From the sequence record SRR31156797_666: DNA of 47,436 bases. One strand, 5' to 3'. The position numbers were made by a program, and so were the translations under genes. The notes beneath the pieces were generated by a model that worked only from the letters and a program-made list of their open reading frames with translations, had not been told where the DNA came from and ran no database searches. Of the stretch, positions 30,100-38,894 are shown piece after piece. Each line of letters begins with the position of its first letter. The first letter of the stretch is position 1.

Positions 30100-31263
30100 T
30101 TGAAAAAAGTAATTCTAATCTCTTATGGTGAGATATTTTTAAAAGGAAAGAACAGACCTTGGTTTCTAAAGAAACTTAAGGATTTATTAAAGAAGGCAGT
30201 ATCTATAGATAAGAATGCTTTGGTTGCCTTAGAGGACGGCAGATTCTACGTAAAGGATTTTGATGATGCTAATACCCAGGCTATCGTAGAAAAGGTTTCG
30301 AAAGTCTTTGGTGTACATTCATTTTGTGTTGCATATGAGGTGGACAAGGATTTTGATACTGTTGCTGAATGTGCAAAAGTTGTCGCTAAGGATAAGGCAC
30401 AAAGCCCAATAACTTTTAAAGTCCACACAAAACGAGCTGATAAAAGATATCCAATTAATTCAATGGACTTTTCAGCGCAAATCGGCGGTGTACTGCTGGA
30501 GGAATATGATAATCTAAAGGTTGATGTAAACAATCCTGATTTTCTAGTTAATATTGAAATCCGCCAGAGTCAGGCATATGTATATATTGACAAGATTATG
30601 GGCTGTGGTGGTATGCCTGTTGGTTCATCCGGCAAATGTATGCTTCTCTTATCTGGCGGTATTGACTCACCAGTTGCTGCATATATGCTGGCAAAGAGAG
30701 GATTGCAGGTGGAAGCTGTTCATTTCTACTCTCCTCCATATACATCAGAGAGAGCTAAGCAGAAGGTAATAGATTTAGCAGGGATAGTCAGTGACTACTG
30801 CGGCGCTGTCAAACTTCATATAGTTCCATTTACTGAGATTCAGGAGCAGATATATGAGAAATGTCACCATGAACTTCTAACAATTATCATGCGCAGATTT
30901 ATGATGAGGATATCTGAGCAGATAGCCATTAAAAATAGCTGCGACGCTGTTGCTACGGGAGAAGCATTGGGGCAGGTAGCTTCTCAAACACTGCTTTCAA
31001 TGGATGCAACAAATAAATCTATTGATATGCTGGTTCTTCGTCCTCTGGTATGTATAGACAAGCTTGATATAATTGATATTGCAAATAAAGTAGGAACATA
31101 CGAGACATCTATTCAGCCTTTTGAGGACTGTTGTACTGTATTTACTCCAAAGCACCCAGCTACACGACCCAAAATGGAGAATATTGAAAAGAATGAAAAT
31201 AAATTAGTTATAGATGAGTTAATTAAAAAAGCGGTGGAAGAGACCTATACAATTACAGTTTGA
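30100..31263 (+). CDS. thiI: tRNA 4-thiouridine(8) synthase
   Basis: YGEIFLKGKNR, THUMP domain, LLSGGIDSPVA, GEALGQVASQT and FEDCCTVF motifs; TTG start at 30100 behind AAGGAG. Confidence 0.96.
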   Translation: MKKVILISYGEIFLKGKNRPWFLKKLKDLLKKAVSIDKNALVALEDGRFYVKDFDDANTQAIVEKVSKVFGVHSFCVAYEVDKDFDTVAECAKVVAKDKAQSPITFKVHTKRADKRYPINSMDFSAQIGGVLLEEYDNLKVDVNNPDFLVNIEIRQSQAYVYIDKIMGCGGMPVGSSGKCMLLLSGGIDSPVAAYMLAKRGLQVEAVHFYSPPYTSERAKQKVIDLAGIVSDYCGAVKLHIVPFTEIQEQIYEKCHHELLTIIMRRFMMRISEQIAIKNSCDAVATGEALGQVASQTLLSMDATNKSIDMLVLRPLVCIDKLDIIDIANKVGTYETSIQPFEDCCTVFTPKHPATRPKMENIEKNENKLVIDELIKKAVEETYTITV

Positions 31264-31293
31264 TATAGCAAATTATAATATGAGGAGCAATAG

Positions 31294-33558
31294 ATGAATC
31301 TAGACCAATTGCTGCAAAAGCTCCGCAATGACAACAACTTCATGCAGAATGTGACCCATTGGCACGAGATTCAGCCACAGGAGGCAGTATATGCTGACTT
31401 TGGTGATTATCTTGACGATAGGCTTGTTTTGGCATGTAAGAAAAAGAATATTCACAAATTATACTCACATCAGCGAAGTGCAATGGATGCCCTAAATGAG
31501 GGCAAAAATATAGTAGTTGTAACGCCTACATCCTCTGGTAAAACTATGTGCTATAATCTACCTATTCTAAATGCAATTTTGAAGGGCGAAAAATCACGTG
31601 CATTGTATATGTTCCCTACAAAGGCTTTATCTGCTGATCAAGTCAGTGAACTGTACGAGTTTATTAATCTAGCAGAAATAGATATCAAAACATATACTTA
31701 TGACGGCGATACTCCTGTTGCTGCTCGAAAGGCAGTGCGTCAGGCAGGTCATATTGTAGTTACCAATCCTGATATGCTTCACTCTGGAATTATGCCCCAT
31801 CATACCAAGTGGATTAAGCTCTTTGAAAATATCAAGTATGTAGTAATAGATGAAATTCACACCTATAGAGGAGTTTTTGGCTCACACGTTTCTAATGTAA
31901 TCGCAAGGCTCAAGCGTATTATGGATTTCTATGGTGCTAAGGTGCAGTTTATCTGCTGCTCTGCAACTATTGCCAACCCAAAGGAACTAGCAGGCAATAT
32001 AATAGGCGAAGATGTTGAATTAATAGATAACAACGGTGCGCCAAGCGGTGCAAAAAACTTCGTTTTTTATAATCCTCCAGTTGTCAATCAACAGCTTAAT
32101 ATCAGAAAATCTGCAATATTAGAGACTCGCAATATTGCACTTAAATTAATATATAATGATATTTCTACTATAGTTTTTGCTAAGGCGAGACTTACTGTAG
32201 AGGTATTGGTAAACTACTTAAAGGAACGAGTACGAGATATAATAGGCAATGATAATCTTGTTCGAGGATACCGAGGAGGGTATCTGCCTACTCAAAGGCG
32301 TGAGATTGAGAGAGGACTAAGAAATGGCGATATTCTGGCTGTAGTATCCACCAATGCGTTAGAGCTAGGAGTAGATATTGGCTCACTTGAAGCATGTGTA
32401 ATTTGTGGATATCCAGGTACTATTGCTTCCACTTGGCAGGAAGCAGGACGAGCAGGCAGGAGAGGGGATACTTCAGTAACTATAATGGTTGCCAATTCCA
32501 GCCCTTTAAGCCAATATATAATAAAACACCCTGAGTTTTTCTTTGAAGGCAGTCCAGAGAATGGATTAATTAATCCAAATAATCTGTATATACTAATTTC
32601 TCATATCAAGGCTGCGGCATTTGAACTTCCATTTAAAGATGGTGAGAAGTTTGCAGGTCAGGAAATATCTGAAATCTTAGAATTTCTATCCTCAAATAAT
32701 GTGCTCCGTCATGTAAGTGATACATGGCATTGGTCTTCGGATATCTTCCCATCCAGTGATGTATCCCTAAGGAGTGCCAGCAATGATAACTTTGTAATAA
32801 TTGATATATCAGATCCAGCCAAGCATAAGGTAATAGGAAAAATGGACAGATTTGCGGCACCTATGCTGATTCATAAGGATGCAGTATACATGCATCAGGG
32901 TCAGCAGTATCAGGTGGAGGAGATGGATTTTTCACAGAAAAAATCATACATCCGCCGTGTTAATGTGGACTATTATACTGACGCTGATTTGTCTGTTAAT
33001 CTAAAAGTACTGGACGAATTCATGAGGAAGGATTCCTTGGTTTCTCGCTATCATGGTGAGGTAATGGTATCCTCCAAGGTAACAATGTACAAAAAAATTA
33101 AGCTGAATACTCACGAGAACTTAGGCTTTGGCAAGGTTCATCTGCCTGAGCTTGAGATGCACACTACATCATTTTGGTTTGGTATAGCAAGTGATAAATT
33201 TGGGGAGATGAATGCAGAGGATATTGAGTGTGCCTTGACAGGCATTGCGAATCTCTTAAGTAACATTACACCTGTGTATTTAATGTGTGACCCAAAGGAT
33301 ATTTGTGTAGTTCCCCAGATTAAATCCCCATACACGGATATGCCTACAATACATATCTATGATAATCAGCCAGGAGGAATAGGTTTTAGCGAGAAATTGT
33401 TTACGTTTACTAATGAATTGCTTATCAGTTCACTTGATGCACTGAATGCCTGCGAATGTCTGGACGGCTGTCCATATTGCGTTGGAGTAGACAATACATC
33501 GAAGATTGTTACCCGTTATGTTTTGAAGAATATTATTGACCTAGAGGACTATTTATGA
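31294..33558 (+). CDS. mrfA: YprA/MrfA-type DEAH-box helicase with DUF1998
   Basis: TPTSSGKT, PTKAL, YDGDTP, TNPDMLH, DEIH, SATIANP, TNALELGVDIG, GRAGRR and C-terminal MCD...CEC..GCPYC motifs. Confidence 0.9.
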   Translation: MNLDQLLQKLRNDNNFMQNVTHWHEIQPQEAVYADFGDYLDDRLVLACKKKNIHKLYSHQRSAMDALNEGKNIVVVTPTSSGKTMCYNLPILNAILKGEKSRALYMFPTKALSADQVSELYEFINLAEIDIKTYTYDGDTPVAARKAVRQAGHIVVTNPDMLHSGIMPHHTKWIKLFENIKYVVIDEIHTYRGVFGSHVSNVIARLKRIMDFYGAKVQFICCSATIANPKELAGNIIGEDVELIDNNGAPSGAKNFVFYNPPVVNQQLNIRKSAILETRNIALKLIYNDISTIVFAKARLTVEVLVNYLKERVRDIIGNDNLVRGYRGGYLPTQRREIERGLRNGDILAVVSTNALELGVDIGSLEACVICGYPGTIASTWQEAGRAGRRGDTSVTIMVANSSPLSQYIIKHPEFFFEGSPENGLINPNNLYILISHIKAAAFELPFKDGEKFAGQEISEILEFLSSNNVLRHVSDTWHWSSDIFPSSDVSLRSASNDNFVIIDISDPAKHKVIGKMDRFAAPMLIHKDAVYMHQGQQYQVEEMDFSQKKSYIRRVNVDYYTDADLSVNLKVLDEFMRKDSLVSRYHGEVMVSSKVTMYKKIKLNTHENLGFGKVHLPELEMHTTSFWFGIASDKFGEMNAEDIECALTGIANLLSNITPVYLMCDPKDICVVPQIKSPYTDMPTIHIYDNQPGGIGFSEKLFTFTNELLISSLDALNACECLDGCPYCVGVDNTSKIVTRYVLKNIIDLEDYL

Positions 33559-34748
33559 TCCCTAATCTAAAGGACAAATTAGCACAAATTTCTGCAGAGC
33601 AGAGCAGTAAGCCCGAAAAAGAGGAGGAAACTGCTCTAAATCTCGAGTGTTCAGAGTATTCCAGTACATTTTCATCAGATTATATGATAGGCTCTGCTTC
33701 TATCGGAGATACTAGTAAAATAGATTATAATACTTTGTCCGGCATATGTATGGAGGGCTCTGACCATCTGCTAAACAAAGATGATATTTTATATTTTGAT
33801 ACAGAGACTACAGGGCTTGGGTCAGGAGTATCAACTGTAGCATTTTTAGTAGGGGTAGGGTACTATCAGGATAATGAATTTATTGTACAGCAGTATCTGA
33901 TGAATGATTATCATCAGGAAAGCTCTATGCTAGAGTCACTTAATAATGTTTTGTTGGGGAAAAAAGCAGTAATATCTTTCAACGGCAAAGCGTTTGACAG
34001 ACATATTGTAAATAATCGCTCTATAATGAACAGGCTGATACGTCCTCTGGAGAACATGATACATTTGGATATAATGCATGCAGCAAGACGGCTGTATTCC
34101 AGGCGGATAGGCAGCTGCTCAATGAAAAATCTAGAGGAAAAGATATTGGGGATTTTTAGAGAAGATGATATTCCCGGAGCACTGATACCTGAGGTCTTTG
34201 CTGATTATATTAAGTATGGCGACAGCACTATGCTAAAGAAGGTAATTGAACATAATGTACAGGACATTGTAAATATGACTGGCATCGTCAAGTTATTGAT
34301 AAATGCTTATAATAATCCCGAAGACCTAAGCCATAAGCCTGATATATTCTCTCAGGGTATAATTTTTGAGAAATTAGGCTTAGTAGACAGGGCAAAAATG
34401 TGCTATAATACCTTAGGTGTGAATAAAGAAGCCATCACACGCTTAGCAGGAATATCAAAGGCACAAAAAGATTACGATAAGTCTATTGATTACTATAGTG
34501 AGTTAACCGTGATTGATAGTTTAAATATTAGCCATAATATTGAGTTAAGTAAAATATATGAACATAGGTTAAAGGATTTTGACAAAGCACTATCAGAGGT
34601 CAATAGAGCAATCCTTACTAAGCTGTCATTAACTCAGTTAGGATATAGCACTGCAAAAGACGATTTAGATATACGTAAGCAAAGAATTTTGAATAAAAAA
34701 GCCAAGAAGAAAGGACAAACAGAAAAATGTCATTCAGAGGAAACTTAA
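33555..34748 (+). CDS. mrfB: YprB/MrfB-type DEDDh exonuclease with C-terminal TPR-like region
   Basis: FDTETTGL, SFNGKAFD, HLDIMH.ARR, DDIPG and HNVQDI motifs; overlaps the helicase stop. Confidence 0.88.
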   Translation: MIPNLKDKLAQISAEQSSKPEKEEETALNLECSEYSSTFSSDYMIGSASIGDTSKIDYNTLSGICMEGSDHLLNKDDILYFDTETTGLGSGVSTVAFLVGVGYYQDNEFIVQQYLMNDYHQESSMLESLNNVLLGKKAVISFNGKAFDRHIVNNRSIMNRLIRPLENMIHLDIMHAARRLYSRRIGSCSMKNLEEKILGIFREDDIPGALIPEVFADYIKYGDSTMLKKVIEHNVQDIVNMTGIVKLLINAYNNPEDLSHKPDIFSQGIIFEKLGLVDRAKMCYNTLGVNKEAITRLAGISKAQKDYDKSIDYYSELTVIDSLNISHNIELSKIYEHRLKDFDKALSEVNRAILTKLSLTQLGYSTAKDDLDIRKQRILNKKAKKKGQTEKCHSEET

Positions 34749-35407
34749 CAGGAAATTTAGCATACCAAAACCATGCCAAAGGCGAATTTGAGCAGGCAAA
34801 GACACTGTATAAAGCAGCTATATCACAGGGGGTAAATAAGCCTAGAATTATCGATGGCTATGGCGTACTTCTGATGAGATTTGGTGAGTTTGAGGAAGCA
34901 ATAGAGATGTTTGCTCAGGCTATCAAGCTAAAACCAGAGAAAAGTATGCGCTTCCAAATAAGAACACATAGAGCTATTGCATATATGAAAACTGGTGATA
35001 TGGAACGTGCAAGAGTTGCACTGGAGGATATAAATTCCAAGGAAGAATTGCAGACAGTATATGAAACTTTGGGCTACTTCTATGTAATTACTGATGACGA
35101 AAAGGCACACAGCTACAATGAACAGGCTGTAAATCTATATCCTGAGAGTCCTATAATTCTTGACAATATTGCGCAGTACTATATCAAAAAAGGTCATCCT
35201 GAAATAGCACGTGAATTTGTAGCAGAAGCTTATGAAATAGATAGTGAAAAAGTGGATATCAATTTCCACTATGCACAGGTAGAGCAAGCTACAGGAAACA
35301 TGGAAAAAGCATTAGAGTATGCTAATCAGGCACTTGAGTGCAAAATATCGGCTCTAAATGATACTAAGAAGGAAGATATAGAGAAGCTGATTTCTCAGCT
35401 TTCATAA
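34727..35407 (+). CDS. Tetratricopeptide repeat protein
   Basis: Repeated G.F..A...Y/F..A TPR pattern; AAAGGA RBS inside mrfB. Confidence 0.85.
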   Translation: MSFRGNLTGNLAYQNHAKGEFEQAKTLYKAAISQGVNKPRIIDGYGVLLMRFGEFEEAIEMFAQAIKLKPEKSMRFQIRTHRAIAYMKTGDMERARVALEDINSKEELQTVYETLGYFYVITDDEKAHSYNEQAVNLYPESPIILDNIAQYYIKKGHPEIAREFVAEAYEIDSEKVDINFHYAQVEQATGNMEKALEYANQALECKISALNDTKKEDIEKLISQLS

Positions 35408-35426
35408 TATTAATTGAATAAAACGC

Positions 35427-35459
35427 AAAGAGGAAATCGTACTTGATTTCCTCTTTTTT
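35427..35459. terminator. Intrinsic terminator between convergent genes
   Basis: AAAGAGGAAATC-GTACTT-GATTTCCTCTTT followed by TTT. Confidence 0.88.
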
Positions 35460-35483
35460 ATACTTATTATTTTGTTCAATTAA

Positions 35484-36791
35484 TCAATCAGTAGTATAAG
35501 GTGTATTTGATAGAATCTCTTTAAGCTCTTCTTTAGTCAGTTCACCATATACCACAGCTGTATTTGCCTCATGGTCAACTACAGCATTGTCAACTTTATC
35601 ATGCCTCAAAAGCAGTCCTTTTACAGTTGATGAACAACCACTGCAAGTCATACCATAGATATTAAATATTGTCTTTTTTGATGTAGTCATTTTTTTTGCC
35701 TTTCTAGCCATATTGTAGTTACTAAATCTTGTGTACAGAGCGTATAGCAGCAGCAGTGCAAAAATTATAGCAACAATGTATTTGAAGAGGGATACTTCGC
35801 TGTGTGAATGCTCCGCCATACCTGAAATATTGATACTAAGACCAACGTTAGCAATTAGCCAATCAAGAAGCAGACCAAAAGCTATGGCAGATGCTGTTGC
35901 CACAGATACATAAAGGGCTGTTATCTTTTTGCCCAGCTTCTTTACCAAGATAGATAGGCTGGCAGCATTGGTAAATGGTCCAACAAAAAGGAATACAAAT
36001 GCTGCACCGGGACTGATTCCCTTCAGTATAAATGAAACTGCTATAGGAATAGAAGCCGTTGAGCATACATACATTGGCAGACCAATGACTATCATTAGAA
36101 TCATTGCAATAATTCCGTTGTTCAGTCCAGCTTTTGTAATAAAGTCGGTCGGCAGGAATACAGTTATCAGCACCGCAATGACCAAACCTACCAAAAAGTG
36201 AACTGCTATCTCACCAACTGTGTGTATATATGAATAGTGGAGTGTCTCTTTTATTATACCTTTGATGCTTTTCCTCTTAGCTTTATTACTATTGTTCTCA
36301 TTGCCAGTGCAATACGAACTTGTGCATTCAGCATTATCTTGAGGTATTACTTCATTATTATTCTTTTCTAGTTCATTTTCAATATTCTTTGCATTCTTGT
36401 CAAAGAGCCCGATAAACCATCCGCCTACTACTCCAGATACAAATGCGGCTAATGGACGAAACCAAGCAAATGTCAGTCCCATCATTCCATATGTTGCAAT
36501 TATTGAATCGACTCCTGTCTGTGGAGTAGATATTAGGAAAGCTGTAGTTGTGGCTGTACTTGCACCTTTATCCTTCAAATATAATCCTGTAGGTACTACT
36601 GCACATGAACACAGCGGTAATGGTACACCTATTAAGCATGCCAGTATGCTTGAAGCAAACGAATTGCTGCCCAGATATTTTACTAATAGTTCTCTATTAA
36701 CAAATATATTGAATATACCAACTAAGGTAATACCTATCATTAAATAGTATGCCATCTCTATAAACATACTAACAAATGTTTTTATAATCAT
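35484..36791 (-). CDS. SO_0444/ArsP-family (DUF318) metal efflux permease with C-terminal HMA domain
   Basis: GVPLPLCSCAVVP, STPQTGVDS, PMYVCSTAS, SPGAAFVFL..GP and C-terminal GMTCSGC motifs. Confidence 0.9.
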   Translation of the reverse strand: MIIKTFVSMFIEMAYYLMIGITLVGIFNIFVNRELLVKYLGSNSFASSILACLIGVPLPLCSCAVVPTGLYLKDKGASTATTTAFLISTPQTGVDSIIATYGMMGLTFAWFRPLAAFVSGVVGGWFIGLFDKNAKNIENELEKNNNEVIPQDNAECTSSYCTGNENNSNKAKRKSIKGIIKETLHYSYIHTVGEIAVHFLVGLVIAVLITVFLPTDFITKAGLNNGIIAMILMIVIGLPMYVCSTASIPIAVSFILKGISPGAAFVFLFVGPFTNAASLSILVKKLGKKITALYVSVATASAIAFGLLLDWLIANVGLSINISGMAEHSHSEVSLFKYIVAIIFALLLLYALYTRFSNYNMARKAKKMTTSKKTIFNIYGMTCSGCSSTVKGLLLRHDKVDNAVVDHEANTAVVYGELTKEELKEILSNTPYTTD

Positions 36792-36805
36792 TTTACTATC
36801 CTTTT

Positions 36806-37123
36806 CTAGTGGTCTATATGCTCCAGACCAATTTTTAGTATTGAACTTACATGTTCATCGTTAAGGGTATAATATATCTTTTTGCCGTCTTTAACGTACT
36901 TTACCAGTCTTTGCTGACGTAATAACCTAAGTTGATGAGATACTGCTGACTGAGTCATTCCAAGAATCTGCGAAAGATGAATAACACATATTTCTCTATC
37001 AATTAATAAAAATAGCAGTCTTATCCTGTTTGGGTCTCCTGCCATCTTAAAAAATTCTGACAAAGCTAGAGCTTTTTCACTGGATATTGTGGTAAGAGTT
37101 GCACCTTCATCGCATCGTTTCAT
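36806..37123 (-). CDS. ArsR/SmtB-family metal-sensing repressor (CzrA/SmtB-like)
   Basis: FK..GDPNRIRLL, EICV, QSAVSHQLRLLR and alpha5 site DEHV..GLEHIDH. Start placed at ATG 37123 behind AAGGAG. Confidence 0.93.
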   Translation of the reverse strand: MKRCDEGATLTTISSEKALALSEFFKMAGDPNRIRLLFLLIDREICVIHLSQILGMTQSAVSHQLRLLRQQRLVKYVKDGKKIYYTLNDEHVSSILKIGLEHIDH

Positions 37124-37151
37124 ATTTAATATCTCCTTATTTGGCATGAAC

Positions 37152-37171
37152 ATATGAACAAGTATTCATAC
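37152..37171. promoter_or_regulatory. SmtB/CzrA-type operator
   Basis: ATATGAACAAGTATTCATAC (core TGAACA-AG-TATTCA), just downstream of a minus-strand TTGACA-17-TAATAT promoter (37180-37208). Confidence 0.85.
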
Positions 37172-37337
37172 GTATTATTATATTATTACATAAAACGACA
37201 ATTGTCAAATGTAAATTAAGTTATTTTCCGATGGTTTATATACATTTTTATCGAAATTCCGTGAAATGACACATAAATGATATATATAAAGCATAAAATA
37301 GCATTAGGAATTAAAAGTTACAAATGTTTGTTTAAAT

Positions 37338-37388
37338 ATTACAATAATATTACATATTATTTAACATTAATGACACATTATGTACACA
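37338..37388. promoter_or_regulatory. Phased direct-repeat array (WalR/PhoP-box-like)
   Basis: ATTACA-N5-ATTACA-N6-TTAACA-N5-GACACA-N5-TACACA. Confidence 0.5.
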
Positions 37389-37459
37389 TTCTTAATATAA
37401 TATACGAATATAGAAATAAACGAAAGAAAAATGTAACATACTCGGTGAAAGGTACGTTA

Positions 37460-38122
37460 ATGAAATTTATAAAATCAATGTTCACAGCATTGGTACTGGT
37501 GATATTTTTCGCACTGATTGGAATGGTCGTAACTTATGCAAAGGCCGATCTAAATGAAATAGGAAATTCGATAAAACAAATTAAGGAGGAATACACCAAT
37601 TCAAGTACCGATGATAATATAGAGGAAATTCCTAATGAAACAGCAAGCACCTCTCAAGCAAACAATAATGTTTCATCCTCTTATATATATGCAATGCCTT
37701 ATCAGGTGACTGACGCTGATGACTTACTCTCCTACAATAATACTAACAAGAGTCAGTCACCCCTCGTAGGGCAAACTAGTGAAGAAATGATGGTATCAAT
37801 CAATCTTAAGCTGGTGGTTGATACAGATAGTGTAAACTATGAGAATGTAATCGGACTGTCATACGAAACAATATATGGATTAATGTATGACGAAAACATG
37901 GATATTTGGCAAATTGCTATGAAAAACGACAAAAATATTTTACTAAAAGACGTATATTCCGGATACTATTCGGAAATGATAATACAGATGGTTAATGATG
38001 AAACCATTGCCAAAGAGACAGCAGACAAACTGCTAGTATATGTCATGAATAAGCTTGATAATGAAATCTGCTTAGACAATGACGAAATTCAGGAATATAT
38101 AGATAGTATTTCTGAAGTATAA
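37460..38122 (+). CDS. Secreted or membrane-anchored acidic hypothetical protein
   Basis: Likely start ATG 37460 (GAAAGGT RBS) giving a MKFIK-hydrophobic-AKA signal-like N-terminus. The track's 61-codon N-terminal extension is promoter DNA. Confidence 0.8.
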   Translation: MKFIKSMFTALVLVIFFALIGMVVTYAKADLNEIGNSIKQIKEEYTNSSTDDNIEEIPNETASTSQANNNVSSSYIYAMPYQVTDADDLLSYNNTNKSQSPLVGQTSEEMMVSINLKLVVDTDSVNYENVIGLSYETIYGLMYDENMDIWQIAMKNDKNILLKDVYSGYYSEMIIQMVNDETIAKETADKLLVYVMNKLDNEICLDNDEIQEYIDSISEV

Positions 38123-38182
38123 ATTTGATAAACTACTACTACTAATAGATAATTTTTTTCATAAATCCCTAAATTCTCCCTC

Positions 38183-38209
38183 TGCGGTCTCGGTTCTTCC
38201 GGGGCCGCA
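38183..38209 (+). terminator. GC-rich hairpin 3' of the secreted-protein gene
   Basis: TGCGGTCTCGG-TTCTT-CCGGGGCCGCA; weak U-tract. Confidence 0.65.
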
Positions 38210-38615
38210 ACTCTATTATGTGGCATTTCTACAGGAATTGCTGCTATCAATTCTATTTATGAGAGATAAGTCATTTAATATAAACAATACTTACATAAAA
38301 CTAAATTGAAATAATGCAGTGAAATGGTATGAATTCATGCTTTTAGTTTACTAAAAGCATAAGTCAGCAGTGATACTGCTCAGCAATTAAATTTCGATGA
38401 AAGTTTATAATTAGCATTTCTATAGGATTGCGACTTAAACATTATCATATGATGGCTTAATACATTTTGATAGATACTAATTATATAAAGGGTAAAAAAC
38501 CTATTCTAGCTGCATAACACCAAAAACTTTAGACAAGTGAAACATCTACTTATTGTATATAAACATATTGCTATGATAAAATACATATGACTAATTTAAA
38601 ACTGGAGATAGATTA

Positions 38616-38759
38616 ATGCCCTGTAAACATTCAAAAATAGAAATTGTCTGTTCTTGCCCTGTAACAGACTGTCCACGTCATGGTATATGCTGTGAGTGTG
38701 TTAAGAATCACAGAGACAAGGGTAATCTGTCGTATTGTCTTAGAAATATTGATATATAA
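38616..38759 (+). CDS. 47-aa Cys/His-rich microprotein (DUF6485-like), below the ORF-track cutoff
   Basis: GGAG RBS at 38604-38607 and extended -10 TGcTATGAT at 38569-38577. Translation: MPCKHSKIEIVCSCPVTDCPRHGICCECVKNHRDKGNLSYCLRNIDI. Confidence 0.8.
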   Translation: MPCKHSKIEIVCSCPVTDCPRHGICCECVKNHRDKGNLSYCLRNIDI

Positions 38760-38851
38760 CAGCAAAAATAAGTTTTTTAGTTGAAGCATTATAATTGTAT
38801 ATATTTGTGACATGGAATTGATAAGGATCAAAAAAATAAAATATGAATAAT

Positions 38852-38886
38852 AAAAAGGAGCATAACTATTAAAATTAAGCTCCTTT
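38852..38886 (-). terminator. clpX terminator
   Basis: AAAGGAGC...GCTCCTTT stem with a T run on the minus strand. Confidence 0.7.
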
Positions 38887-38894
38887 GGTTTTAA

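Noticed and set aside
31294..33558. DUF1998 helicase as an anti-phage system (DISARM, Druantia, Dpd)
   Set aside because: It is a single fused helicase-DUF1998 followed by a YprB exonuclease, which is the housekeeping MrfAB layout. No methylase, PLD, SNF2 or other defence gene is nearby.
37277..37459. N-terminal 61 codons of the 281-aa ORF in the track
   Set aside because: AT-rich promoter sequence that happens to be open; the RBS and signal-like peptide point to ATG 37460.
38631..38831. 66-aa minus-strand ORF in the track
   Set aside because: It is the antisense shadow of the Cys-rich plus-strand ORF 38616-38759, which has the RBS and a patterned sequence.
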